From NCBI GenBank assembly GCA_963788195.1, contig CAWBGA010000012.1, positions 1 to 64,000 on the forward strand: 64,000 nt of DNA, given 5' to 3'. The position numbers and the translations under genes were made by a program. The stretch is from Nitrospirota bacterium (GTDB lineage: Bacteria; Nitrospirota; Nitrospiria; Nitrospirales; NS-4). Below, one piece after another: positions 21,544 to 31,340 of the stretch. The stretch's first letter is position 1; each line of letters opens with the position of its first letter. The notes under the pieces were generated by a model. The model had not been told where the DNA came from and searched no databases. It was given only the letters and a program-made list of their open reading frames with translations.

Positions 21544-23019
21544 TTACGACGAGCATCCTACTACCAGATTTTTGCTCCAATCGGGCGGAGCAGCTGCATA
21601 ATGTTCCATCCCGGGTTGGTCCTCATAGGGGTTTCGCAAGAGCCTGCGAAGCTTGTCTACCTCTGAGTAGTCCCGCATTTCTGTCGCCATGGTGATAGCC
21701 GTATGAGCCAGATGGTTCCGCAGGATAAACCTAGGGTTCACTCCGTCCATTAGGGCTCGTCGCTCCCGGTCCTTACTGCCTTCACTCCGAAGCCGCTGCT
21801 GATACGTGTCTGCCCATGCGTCGAACGCCGACCGATCCATAAATAGGTCACGAAGCTGAGAATTCGAGTCAGCCCCTGCCGAAGGGAACGCACCCAGCCC
21901 CCGAAAAAAGGTGGTGTAATCGACATGGTTCGCCTGCAGGATTTCCAGTATGCCGCTGAGCAACGCTCCGTCTTCTTCTCTCCATTCCGTGAGACCGAGC
22001 TTGGCCCGGACTAGCTCTCTGTAGTGCGCCACCAAGATCGGCTCGTAAGAGGCGAGGGCCTCTTTTACTTCATCCTCGCTGATCAGGGATAGAAGCGCTT
22101 CGCCCAAGGCATGCAGGTTCCAGTTTGCGATGTTGGGTTGACGATGAAACGCGTAGCGTCCTCCACGATCTGAGTGATTGCAGATGAGGCCGGCGTCATA
22201 GTCGTCCAGGAAGCCAAAGGGCCCGTAGTCGAGCGTGAGGCCCAAGATCGACATGTTGTCGGTGTTCAAGACACCATGAGCAAACCCGACTGCTTGCCAC
22301 TTGGCAACGAGCTCGGCGGTCCGCTGCACGACCTCGCCGAAAAAGCTGAAGTACCGATCGTTTGCACCCTGCAGGTGGGGAAAATGATGCTCAATGACGT
22401 AATCGGCCAGCTGCCTGAGATTATCCGTTTGACGACGGTGCGCGAAGACCTCAAACGAGCCGAACCGCACATGCGAGGGAGCCATTCGGATTAACATGGC
22501 CCCCGACTCGACCCCTTCTTCACGCAGGACTTCGTCCTCGCTTCCCACGAGACAGAGGGCTCGGGTTGTCGGTATCCCTAAACCGTGCATCGCCTCTCCG
22601 CCGAGGTATTCCCGAATAGAAGAACGGAGCACTGCACGCCCGTCTCCATGTCGAGAGAACGGCGTCTGTCCGGCGCCTTTCAAATGCAGGTCCCATTTTT
22701 CTCCGCGTTCGTTCCTGACTTCCCCCAATAGGATCGCCCGGCCGTCTCCCAATTGAGGAACGTAGTGGCCAAACTGGTGGCCCGCGTAAAGCATCGCCAG
22801 TGGTTCACTTCCGGGAAGCCTGCGGGCGCCGCTAAAATATTGGACGAACTCAGGGCGCTGAGCTTCTTCGGGATCAAGATCAATCAGCGTCGCGGCGTCC
22901 GGATTAAAACTGACCAGATAGGGACTGGACGTAAAGGGCGTGGGCTCTAGCCGAGCAGAAAATGCCCCAGGCAGGCGGGCGTAAGTATTGTCGAACCGCA
23001 AGTCCTCAAGTGTACGCAA
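21544..23019 (-). CDS. selO: Protein adenylyltransferase SelO/YdiU
   Basis: YAGHQFG, QLGDGRA, KGAGQTPFSRHGDGRAVLRSSIRE, HGVLNTDN, DYGPFGF, C-terminal CSS. Confidence 0.95.
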   Translation of the reverse strand: MRTLEDLRFDNTYARLPGAFSARLEPTPFTSSPYLVSFNPDAATLIDLDPEEAQRPEFVQYFSGARRLPGSEPLAMLYAGHQFGHYVPQLGDGRAILLGEVRNERGEKWDLHLKGAGQTPFSRHGDGRAVLRSSIREYLGGEAMHGLGIPTTRALCLVGSEDEVLREEGVESGAMLIRMAPSHVRFGSFEVFAHRRQTDNLRQLADYVIEHHFPHLQGANDRYFSFFGEVVQRTAELVAKWQAVGFAHGVLNTDNMSILGLTLDYGPFGFLDDYDAGLICNHSDRGGRYAFHRQPNIANWNLHALGEALLSLISEDEVKEALASYEPILVAHYRELVRAKLGLTEWREEDGALLSGILEILQANHVDYTTFFRGLGAFPSAGADSNSQLRDLFMDRSAFDAWADTYQQRLRSEGSKDRERRALMDGVNPRFILRNHLAHTAITMATEMRDYSEVDKLRRLLRNPYEDQPGMEHYAAAPPDWSKNLVVGCSS

Positions 23020-23304
23020 TCAGACCTTCTTGACTTCCGCTTCTTCCTTATCGGCAGCTGAATTTTTCACCGCGTCTTCCGCTTCCTTCATCGAGGATTG
23101 GAGGTCCTGCTCTATGGATTTCATCTCGGCTTGCATCAAATTGAGCTCCGGCTCCACGGACTTCCGAATGTCATCGGTCGCCTCCTTAAAACCCTTGACC
23201 GCTTTTCCCACCTGCCGGCCGATTTCCGGCAGCTGTTGAGGGCCAAAGAGCAAAAAGGCGATCACCAGGATCACCAGAACTTCAGTAACGCCGAGCCCAA
23301 ACAT
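23020..23304 (-). CDS. Twin-arginine translocase TatA/TatB family subunit (TatB-like)
   Basis: MFGLGVTEVLVILVIAFLLFGPQQLPEIGR. Confidence 0.85.
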   Translation of the reverse strand: MFGLGVTEVLVILVIAFLLFGPQQLPEIGRQVGKAVKGFKEATDDIRKSVEPELNLMQAEMKSIEQDLQSSMKEAEDAVKNSAADKEEAEVKKV

Positions 23305-23309
23305 AATTC

Positions 23310-23549
23310 TTATACGCCGGGAGGGCGATCACCCGCCGGCCTGGGTCCGACGGGAGGCGGCGGAGCCTCCACAGTCGACGTCATCGGCTGATCGGTCAGT
23401 TGCTGCGGCTCGGGCTCGAACACGGATTTCTTAAACCCCTTCACCGCTTTTCCCACGCCTTCGCCGATTTGCGGGAGTTTGCCGGCCCCGAAGACAATCA
23501 AGACAATCATTAGAATTAGGAGCAGTTCCATCCAGCCTAGACCAAACAT
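23310..23549 (-). CDS. tatA: Twin-arginine translocase TatA
   Basis: MFGLGWMELLLILMIVLIVFGAGKLPQIGEGVGKAVKGFKK. Confidence 0.9.
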   Translation of the reverse strand: MFGLGWMELLLILMIVLIVFGAGKLPQIGEGVGKAVKGFKKSVFEPEPQQLTDQPMTSTVEAPPPPVGPRPAGDRPPGV

Positions 23550-23727
23550 GAGGCAACCTCACAAGTAATCGAAAATCCAAACTTTATCATATCACGGCCG
23601 CCATGCTTCTGCACAGACCCAATTAATTGCGAGTCCTACCGAAGACTTATCGAAGAGCACGGAAGGGGGGGATGGGTAAGCTTCAGCGCTATGGCTCACC
23701 ATGACACCTGTCTTATACCCTCGGAGC

Positions 23728-23847
23728 ATGCTAGAAGGGATCTCAGAGTTGCTGTTCGTCGTCGCGACTTTCTTGGTCTTCGGCCTCCTGGTGCTGGCCG
23801 GAATTATTTTTCAGACCACGTCACGATCCCGGCGAGATATCCCCTGA
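23728..23847 (+). CDS. Putative 39-aa membrane microprotein
   Basis: MLEGISELLFVVATFLVFGLLVLAGIIFQTTSRSRRDIP; hydrophobic core with a basic tail; below the ORF-track cutoff. Confidence 0.4.
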   Translation: MLEGISELLFVVATFLVFGLLVLAGIIFQTTSRSRRDIP

Positions 23848-23900
23848 CGTCCTCCTTAGAAACGCCAGATCCAGGCAGTGGATTTGTACATCAGCATGGC

Positions 23901-23919
23901 TGGCTCCCCGGGCAGGACT
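23901..23919 (-). repeat. att site (duplicated tRNA-Asn 3' end)
   Basis: Identical to 26952-26970. Confidence 0.9.
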
Positions 23920-24786
23920 AATATTAAGTTCGTATTGATTCAAGTTTCCACAGATGAGCAAGCCGGTGAGTTATTAGAAAAAGTCGCGCAACTCAAGCGG
24001 GACGGAATTATCAGAACGGTTCCTCACATGGTTAATAATTCGCGCACGATTGCCCTACTGACAGACAAAGCAAAAAATTCTTTCGCTTCTTTAACAAAAC
24101 CTACGTCCTGGCATATGCTTTTCAGTCTTTCGGGGCCGGAGGCGTTCGTGAGAGGACAAAAAAAAGTCATACGGCAGCAATTAAAAGGATTTCCTTGCCG
24201 CATTATTCCGTATAACTTATTCCATTTTCTTGACAAACTTATTTTAAAAAAGGTGTCATTTCGTTATGAATTGACTCCTTTGCGGGAGCTTTTTAATATT
24301 TATCGAGGTGAGGCAACTAATTATTTTCTCAGCGGCAGTCTTTTCGGCCATCCAGAGCATAGACGTTTTTTGGATAATTATAAAAGCATCGAATTTGAAA
24401 AACTTCATTTTAAAATGATCTGGATTTCCCCGGTTTTTCCTGCGCAAAAAGAACATTTATTAAATGTTTTGGCAATTTTTAAAAGACAGCAAGAAAAATA
24501 TAAATTTCGCTTGGCTTTTACGGTTAGCATCATGGACAAGCGCAGCGCGTGCGTGGTGGCTAATTTTGGTGCCGATGATCGAGTGGAAGGCGACGTCGTC
24601 AGACTCAATGAAGTGCAAGAAATAGTTACCAAAGATCTTATTGCTCACGGTTATCCGCCTTACCGTTTGAGCGCACGGTTTTCGAATCATGTTATTGAGG
24701 ACAGTGATTATTTAAGGGTGATGAGAAAAATAAAAGCTGCATTAGATGAAAAGAATATTATTGGCTCGGGGAAGTTTAATCTTTAA
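23920..24786 (+). pseudogene. FAD-linked oxidase (VAO/PCMH family), C-terminal part only
   Basis: GYPPYRL...KIKAALDEKNIIGSGKF C-terminal signature; the FAD-binding N-terminus is absent. Confidence 0.7.
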
Positions 24787-24806
24787 ATTCTTTACAGGAG
24801 AAAAAC

Positions 24807-25088
24807 ATGTCGCAGATATTTATCAGCAGTCTCCCTTTTAGGACCGATGAAACATTTATCCGCAATTTATTTAGTCCTTATGGCCGTGTCGCATCCGTCG
24901 AGCTGCATGCCGATTGGGTCAACCCGACCTATGAGCCTTTTGCCTATGTTGATTTAGACGCGGCAGACCCCGGATCCGTGGTCGAAGCCTTGGACGGTAA
25001 GAAATTCGGCCAGAACCATATTCGTGTCCATCAGCGGGTGATTTTGCCGGCCCGTGCCAACAAGTCGGAGGACTCCCATGGCGCATGA
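24807..25088 (+). CDS. RRM (RNP) RNA-binding protein
   Basis: IFISSLPF (RNP2), LFSPYGRV, PFAYVDL (RNP1), LDGKKFGQNHIRV; AGGAG RBS. Confidence 0.8.
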   Translation: MSQIFISSLPFRTDETFIRNLFSPYGRVASVELHADWVNPTYEPFAYVDLDAADPGSVVEALDGKKFGQNHIRVHQRVILPARANKSEDSHGA

Positions 25089-26260
25089 TATCGATCAGCA
25101 AATCCTGGATCACCAGCGCCAGTTTGATTTTGTTGCCCAAAAGATCTGGCCCAAGGTCGCAGCCTGTTTAAAGGCAGTGTCGCTCCCCGTTGCCGTCAAT
25201 GTGTCATTTCCTCGCGCGTTTCCTATATCACTCTGACCGATGGCGTTTGCAATCTGTGCCACGAACACAACAAACTGCAAATCGAAGGCGATGAAACTGT
25301 CTGGCAAAAAAAATATATCGAACATCAGCGCAAGGCGTTAGACGAGCTCTTGAAAAGTCATCAAGGCAAAGGCCGCGCCCGTTATGACGCCCTCGTCCTT
25401 TTCAGCGGCGGCAAGGACAGTGTTTATACGCTCTCGCGTCTACGCAAAGAATATCCTGGCCTACGTATTCTTCTTATGACTTGGGACAACGGTTACTATT
25501 ACAAACTGTCACTGCAACGCTGTAAAAAAGTGGCTAAAAAAATGGACTTGGATCATATCGTCTACAATCCCGTTTCGTCGGTTTACAAAACGTTATATTG
25601 TTATACGCTGCAGAATGTTGGACAGAAAGGCAGTTATCAGACGGTCGACGGTTGGACGGTACGCTCAACCAATTGTTGGGTTTTCATTTTGCCTATGAAA
25701 TGGATATTCCGCTCGTGATTACCGGGGTTGATTTTGCGCAGGAACTGATCATGCAGTTTCATTCCTATTTTGTCATGCCATTTGAAGATATGTGCTCGCG
25801 GACGCTAACCGACCGTATGGAGCGCTGCTCGGGATTTAAGATTGCTAATATTTTTAACAAAGAAGACCAAAAATTATTCTGGGATGGCACGGGCAAGGAC
25901 TCTGATCGTATCCCGCAATACGTGTTACCTTTCGTTGCTTGGCGTCAGGATAAAGCTGCTATTCTCGGAGAGCTTGAACGGGAAGGCCTTATGCCGGAAA
26001 GAGATTCTTCGCCGATCCTCACCAATAACCAGGTGCTTTTTATCATGACCGCCATTGATATGAGGACCATCGGCTATAGCAGTTTTGAACCGGAATTTGC
26101 GGAAATGATCAGCTTCCGCGAAAATGATCGGGTCTATTGGCGTAATACGTTTGAAATGGCAGAATTCAGTTCCAGCTACATGTTTTTATTGCATCCTGTG
26201 CTTTCGAAAGTATTAAAGAAGCTTGGTATGACTTACAAAGACGTTGGTCTCAAATTTTAA
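25078..26260 (+). CDS. PP-loop ATPase (N-acetyl-sugar amidotransferase-like) with N-terminal Cys4 knuckle; several frameshifts
   Basis: CRQC...GVCNLC, YDALVLFSGGKDS, TWDNG, IPLVITG. Confidence 0.7.
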
Positions 26261-26374
26261 AAAACATCCGCTTTTGCCGCACTCTGTTTGATGATGCGCA
26301 TGTCACAAAACCCGCATTTTGCGTCCCAAAAAAATAGTCAAAAAGGACACATTGAGCTATCCCTGATTTGACGG

Positions 26375-26993
26375 ACGGTTAAATTCAGATTACTACCAAT
26401 GCACAAAAAATGCTCATGGCGGTAAAGACGGCTTGTGAGATGAAGTACGTTCCGGCGGCAAGGATAGAAACAGGTCGTTCTAGGAAAGATTGAATCTCTG
26501 TCCGTTAATAAAGAATTCTTGGATCAAATCGTGGCAAAAGCCAATGAATCGCTGGATGGCCAATTTGAAGAAATGGTATCTACTAAAAAGGCCTATGAAA
26601 ACAAACTCATTGGTGTTAAAGGCTCTGAAAGATAAATCGCTTGGGGAAAGATTAAATGCATTAGAAGAACAGCGTTCCCAGCTGGAAGATGCTATACACC
26701 GGATAGGGTTTGAAATAGATGATAAAAAACAAAAGATTTACAACGCCGAAGTCATGCACAATTCCCTGACAAAATTCAGCCAAATCTACGATAAAGCCAC
26801 TCCAATGGAAATAAAAGAGCTTCTTCCCTACTTTGTTGAAGGCATTACCTTTACTCCGGAAGAAATTAAAATAGCCCTTTTCGATCAACCGACCGATAAA
26901 GGGCTATTTCTTGTTAACCGTTATAGCCAGAATTCGCTAGAGTTAACTGAATGGCTCCCCGGGCAGGACTCGAACCTGCGACCAGCCGGTTAA
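26375..26993 (+). pseudogene. Large serine recombinase remnant (zinc-ribbon half, coiled coil, C-terminus)
   Basis: Reconstructed across frames as YYQCTKNAHGGKD-CEMKYVPA..IE.VV, then a coiled coil and ELLPYFVEGITF, ending WLPGQDSNLRPAG antisense to the tRNA; no catalytic domain. Confidence 0.7.
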
Positions 26994-27027
26994 CAGCCGG
27001 CTGCTCTACCAACTGAGCTACCGGGGA
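26952..27027 (-). tRNA. tRNA-Asn(GTT)
   Basis: TCCCCGGTAGCTCAGTTGGTAGAGCAGCCGGCTGTTAACCGGCTGGTCGCAGGTTCGAGTCCTGCCCGGGGAGCCA; 76 nt, cloverleaf, encoded CCA. Confidence 0.97.
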
Positions 27028-27106
27028 ATTTGAACCGCAACAGTGCGTGAGATATATCACAGCGGATGTTAGAGAGCAATTCTTAGCAGCCTGACAGTTC
27101 CGGATG

Positions 27107-27370
27107 CTAATACCCGGAAATACGCCCCTCGTCCTCGTCAATGTCCTCGGTGGAGCCTTCGTCGCCGCCGATCCCCGCGTAATGCCGTGCCCATGACATG
27201 TATATATTCCCGCTGTCTTTGAGCGTATCGGCGTTTTTCGCCACTTGCTGGACCTCTGACGGATCCTTGGCCGAAAGCTGAAGCTGCTCCGTGTACTCTT
27301 TAAAAGCTTGATTCACGTGCGCCATCGCTTCGGCTACTTCCTGAACTGACTGCCTGATGTTGTCATTCAT
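27107..27370 (-). CDS. Hypothetical helical protein
   Basis: 87-aa ORF with an RBS-like GGAGAAGGTG upstream and an acidic tail. Confidence 0.65.
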   Translation of the reverse strand: MNDNIRQSVQEVAEAMAHVNQAFKEYTEQLQLSAKDPSEVQQVAKNADTLKDSGNIYMSWARHYAGIGGDEGSTEDIDEDEGRISGY

Positions 27371-27394
27371 GAGTCACCTTCTCCGCCACCAATT

Positions 27395-27430
27395 AAAAAG
27401 CCCCACGACGGCGGCGCCATGGGGCTTTTT
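27395..27430 (-). terminator. Intrinsic (possibly bidirectional) terminator after the for operon
   Basis: AAAAAGCCCCA...TGGGGCTTTTT stem with A/T tails on both sides. Confidence 0.7.
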
Positions 27431-27451
27431 CCAAACACGCACGAGTAGGAG

Positions 27452-27730
27452 TTATCCGGCGTAGGCTTGGCCCAACCCGGCCGCCTCTCCTTTTTTCTGC
27501 AGGAGTTTTCCGTCTGCCCCCATGGCCAGCATCTCCACGGCTTGGTGCTTGGCGGCATCACAGACGACCTTGCAAAGTTCACAGCCTTTACAGACATCAG
27601 TGATCACCTTGGCCACCATCCTCTGGGTGTCGAGGAGGATGCAGTCCGCTTCGGGACAATACATGATGCACAGACGGCATCCCTTCTTTGCAACGCACTT
27701 TTCGTCTGTCACCACCGCTACGTTATACAT
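27452..27730 (-). CDS. forE: 2-oxoacid:ferredoxin oxidoreductase epsilon (ferredoxin-type) subunit
   Basis: CVAKKGCRLCIMYCP and CKGCELCKVVC cluster motifs; last gene of the D-A-B-G-E cluster. Confidence 0.82.
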   Translation of the reverse strand: MYNVAVVTDEKCVAKKGCRLCIMYCPEADCILLDTQRMVAKVITDVCKGCELCKVVCDAAKHQAVEMLAMGADGKLLQKKGEAAGLGQAYAG

Positions 27731-27745
27731 CCGACGTCTTCTCCC

Positions 27746-28441
27746 TTAAACCATTGCTACGGTCAATTCGACGTTGTTTTTCTCCGCCCATTCGGCACCT
27801 ATGTCATAGGCCTTTTTCACCACCGCCAGGTTCTTGGCCAGCAGCAGTTCCTTCTTCGCGAACTTTTTCGTGATGGCCTGGTCCAGGGTCGCGGTTCCAC
27901 CGGACGCCACATATTTCTTGCCGAACCTATCTTGCAGCGCGAGATCCAGAGCTTCCATGGTGACGCATTTCGTAATGCCGGCCACCGACCCGATCATGCC
28001 CATATTCGTCGATAACTCTGTGCTCGCCACTTCGAGGGCGATCTCAGTGGCGTTCACATAGTACACCGCCACTTCCAGATCCGCCAGGCGCTGTTGATCC
28101 TCTTCGGTCAACAATTCCATGTTCGAATTAATGATCACCAGTCCGCCGCGCTTGATGCCGGAATAGAACGGCATGGTATAGCTCTTCCCCTGCGTGATCA
28201 CCTGCGGATGAAAGACTTCGATCACCTCAGGATAAACCAACTCGCCGCGGTCATAGATCCGTTCGACGCCGATCCGGACATACGCCTCCGCAGGCGCCAT
28301 TCGCTTTTCAGCTCCAAAGAAAGGATTGGAGATCGCCTGCCGGCCGTCCTTCGAGGCCGCCATTGCCATGACATGGGCAGAAGTCACTACCCCCTGGCCT
28401 CCGAGACCCGACATTCGAATGTTGATTCGTCGCTTAATCAT
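27746..28441 (-). CDS. forG: 2-oxoacid:ferredoxin oxidoreductase gamma subunit
   Basis: SGLGGQGVVT, PFFGAEKRMAPAE. Confidence 0.87.
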   Translation of the reverse strand: MIKRRINIRMSGLGGQGVVTSAHVMAMAASKDGRQAISNPFFGAEKRMAPAEAYVRIGVERIYDRGELVYPEVIEVFHPQVITQGKSYTMPFYSGIKRGGLVIINSNMELLTEEDQQRLADLEVAVYYVNATEIALEVASTELSTNMGMIGSVAGITKCVTMEALDLALQDRFGKKYVASGGTATLDQAITKKFAKKELLLAKNLAVVKKAYDIGAEWAEKNNVELTVAMV

Positions 28442-28469
28442 GAACGCCTCCCTTGACGGGCATGTTCGT

Positions 28470-29372
28470 TTAGGCTTGCGCGAGAGCTTCCTTCGCGACC
28501 GACTTCTTCGCCTTGTCCTTTTCCGCTAAGTCGGCAAGGAACGCCTTCGCCTCGTCAGAGATGAACTCTTTATAGTTGAATCGCTCGCCGGGTTTCTCGG
28601 CATCGCGCATTTCCTGAAGACCTTCCATGCTGTTTTTGCCGATCTCCAAGATGCAAGGTGTATAGAGCTGAAGATACGTCGGCCCGATTTCACGGGCAAT
28701 CAGCACCGCATTTCTAACCACCTTCTCAACGAGAGACGGCTTGCTGACCGTGCAGTTGACGACATACGCGCAACCCGATTCGCGCGCAATCTCAGGCAAC
28801 CTGACCTTGTCGAACTTCTTGCCGACCGGGGCCATCTTGGCGACAAACCCCTTCTGCATCAATCCGCTCTCCTGGCCGCCTGTGTTCGCGTAGAGCTCAT
28901 TGTCGAAGCAGATGGTGGTGAACTTTTCCTGGCGGAACCAGGATTGCAGCGTATAGTCCAGCCCGATGTCGACGGTGGCGCCATCACCGGCCAGAACGAC
29001 GACGTCTTTCACCTGATTGGGGAAACGCAGCGCCAGGGCGCGCTTCAATCCCGAGGCTATTGCATTTTGGTTACCGAAAAGTGAATGGATGTTGTGTACG
29101 GCGACATGCGGGAACACCAGGCTTGTGCAGCCGGTGGACCCCACCATGACTGTGTCCTCGGGATTGGGCAGAGACGCCAGGATATAACGAAATGCCATCG
29201 ATTCCGGGCAACCCGCGCAAAGCGAATGCTGTTCAATCAGTTCCTTGTTGATCCCGACGTCCTTCCATCCCCGGCCTTCTTTGCCCCAGGTGGCATTCGT
29301 GACGAGGTCGCGATACTCGATCGGCATGATATCGAAGAACTCTTCACAGATTTGAATGCGCTCTTTGCTCAT
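28470..29372 (-). CDS. forB: 2-oxoacid:ferredoxin oxidoreductase beta (TPP-binding) subunit
   Basis: HSLCAGCPE, STGC, GDG...DNELYANTGGQES, YTPC. Confidence 0.88.
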   Translation of the reverse strand: MSKERIQICEEFFDIMPIEYRDLVTNATWGKEGRGWKDVGINKELIEQHSLCAGCPESMAFRYILASLPNPEDTVMVGSTGCTSLVFPHVAVHNIHSLFGNQNAIASGLKRALALRFPNQVKDVVVLAGDGATVDIGLDYTLQSWFRQEKFTTICFDNELYANTGGQESGLMQKGFVAKMAPVGKKFDKVRLPEIARESGCAYVVNCTVSKPSLVEKVVRNAVLIAREIGPTYLQLYTPCILEIGKNSMEGLQEMRDAEKPGERFNYKEFISDEAKAFLADLAEKDKAKKSVAKEALAQA

Positions 29373-29428
29373 AAAATGTCTCCTCCCCGCGCCCTAACAG
29401 GCTTCAAGTGTTCGGTTTGTCGAAGATC

Positions 29429-30637
29429 TCAACTTCCCCTGCCCGCCAGGGTTGCGACGGACTTGCCCAGCGACCGCTGGATGTGCTCCACAATCACTTC
29501 CGGAGGCATGGTCATCCCGCCGGCGACATGGGGCCCGGCGATGACACGATCAGAATCTGCAATTGTGGCCTTGATCTCGCGCGCCATCCAGCCCGCGACA
29601 TTGAACTCAGGCACGAAGATATGTTTCGCGTACTTGGTCGCCTCGCGGATCTCATGATAGGGCCATGGCCGCAAGGACTTGACCTTCACTAAACCTACCC
29701 GCAATCCTTCATCTGCCAGCAAGCGAATCGCCTCACGCCCTTGCGATACCGCTGTCCCTGAGGAGACGATCAAGATCTCGGAATCGATATTCTCGGTCTC
29801 AATGAGACCGCCGATCAACGGGATGGTGTGCTTGCGCGAGCGCTCCACGGCCGCGCGCACTTCCTGCTGCCAGGAGGCGTGCGTGGCATAGCTGATGTAA
29901 TTGCTCTTCATGACGAAGGGGTCCCGCATCATGCGGACCGGCGGGCACTCCATATCCATACACGGCACAGGAGAGCGATAGGGATCGTAGGGCGGCAGAC
30001 ACATATCCACAGGAGTCAGGTTCACGACATCCTTGGTGTGGGTGACGAAGAATCCATCGCAACAGATGGCGATCGGTAAATGGACGTCCGGCTCCTCCGC
30101 CACGATGAAGCCCATCAGAATCCAGTCATAGAAATCCTGCGCCGTCTCGGCATGCCAGACCAACATGCCGGTCTCCAGCAGGTAATAAATCTCGAGTGTG
30201 TCCGGTTGGATGCTCAACGGCGAATTGATCCCGCGGCAGGTCACGATCATTTCGATCGGCAATCGCGCGCCGGACCACATCGGGAAGTTCTCCATTGCCC
30301 GCATGGTGCCAGGGCCGGCTGTGGTCGTGAAGACGCGGGCGCCACCGAAAGATCCTCCGGCGCATTCAGACATCACACCGAACTCATTCTCGCCACGCAT
30401 ATAGTCGGTGACATAGCCTTCGGCATACAACTCTCCGATCAACGCAGCGGCTTCGCTTTGGGGCGTGATGGGATAGGCCACCATGAGGTCTACGCTGGCT
30501 CGCCGGATGGCTTCCTTGATGACCTCGCTCCCCGTATAGAAAGAAGGAATTCGAGGAGCTTCAAAGAAGAGATGTCGGGGATCAGTGTAGACCTGACCCT
30601 TCTTGTTCTTCGTCCCGATGACAGAATGGCTATCCAT
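29429..30637 (-). CDS. forA: 2-oxoacid:ferredoxin oxidoreductase alpha subunit (probably 2-oxoglutarate type)
   Basis: AYPITPQSE, TTTAGPG, DGFFVTH; the DABGE order matches the five-subunit For enzyme of Aquificota/Nitrospirota. Confidence 0.85.
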   Translation of the reverse strand: MDSHSVIGTKNKKGQVYTDPRHLFFEAPRIPSFYTGSEVIKEAIRRASVDLMVAYPITPQSEAAALIGELYAEGYVTDYMRGENEFGVMSECAGGSFGGARVFTTTAGPGTMRAMENFPMWSGARLPIEMIVTCRGINSPLSIQPDTLEIYYLLETGMLVWHAETAQDFYDWILMGFIVAEEPDVHLPIAICCDGFFVTHTKDVVNLTPVDMCLPPYDPYRSPVPCMDMECPPVRMMRDPFVMKSNYISYATHASWQQEVRAAVERSRKHTIPLIGGLIETENIDSEILIVSSGTAVSQGREAIRLLADEGLRVGLVKVKSLRPWPYHEIREATKYAKHIFVPEFNVAGWMAREIKATIADSDRVIAGPHVAGGMTMPPEVIVEHIQRSLGKSVATLAGRGS

Positions 30638-30697
30638 CGGTTGGCCTCCTATAGGTGGTGTTCGCGTTTTCTGACATTGCCGGACGCTGCTGCTCCA

Positions 30698-31340
30698 TCA
30701 GTAACCTTTGGCACCGTTTGAATATTGAGCGATACTGTTGAACGGAACGGAGCCTTTGAGTTTTTTGACCCATTCGGCAAAATGCATAATCTTGTCGACA
30801 CTCAAGTCTCGAAATGAGAGGCAGGCGTCTTCGTGTCCCGCTTGCGCGCACATCGCCATCGTGAAACAGTTCGTTCCACCGCGAATGATCTTCAGGGAGA
30901 GATTAGCCTGATGGCAATGCACGCCAACGAAAACGCATGCGTCGATCTTATTGTGCCAGATCGTAAGATTAGGATGATTTGGGTTAATCTCAACTTCAGG
31001 ATTGATCTTCGGATACTTCGGTCGATAATCCGGCATGGGAATCAACATCGGCTTTGCGCCTTCGGGCGCGCATTCTTTCATTGTCTCGTACAGAAACCTG
31101 ATTGCTGTCGCCTTCTTCTTTGCTTTTTCATTCCACGCCCACAGAACGAGCGGGCCAGGAAAAATGGTAGGGCACTTTGGCCGACATGAAGACTCGCGCC
31201 CCATACTCAAAGGCCTCTTCCTCAGGGACAATTCTTCCATTGATATGAGCTTGGCCAGGGTCGGGCAACGCATTGCCCATGGAGGCCGCTGCCGGCGGCA
31301 GAAACGCTTCAGGTCCGGGACGAACAAGGTACTGGCTCAT
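30698..31340 (-). CDS. forD: 2-oxoacid:ferredoxin oxidoreductase delta subunit (frameshift ~31170)
   Basis: PGPEAFLPPAAA, PTIFPGP, PMPDYRPKYPKINPEVEINPNHPNLTIWHNKI, GVHCH. Confidence 0.85.

Larger units (their letters stand above)
23901..26970. mobile_element. Degenerate genomic island integrated at the tRNA-Asn 3' end
   Basis: Exact 19-bp direct repeat TGGCTCCCCGGGCAGGACT at 23901-23919 and 26952-26970, abrupt AT enrichment between them, and a serine-recombinase remnant. Confidence 0.88.

Noticed and set aside
23878..23919. Start of ORF 23878..24786 as a true N-terminus
   Set aside because: It runs through host DNA and the att core; the oxidase-like sequence begins only after 23919.
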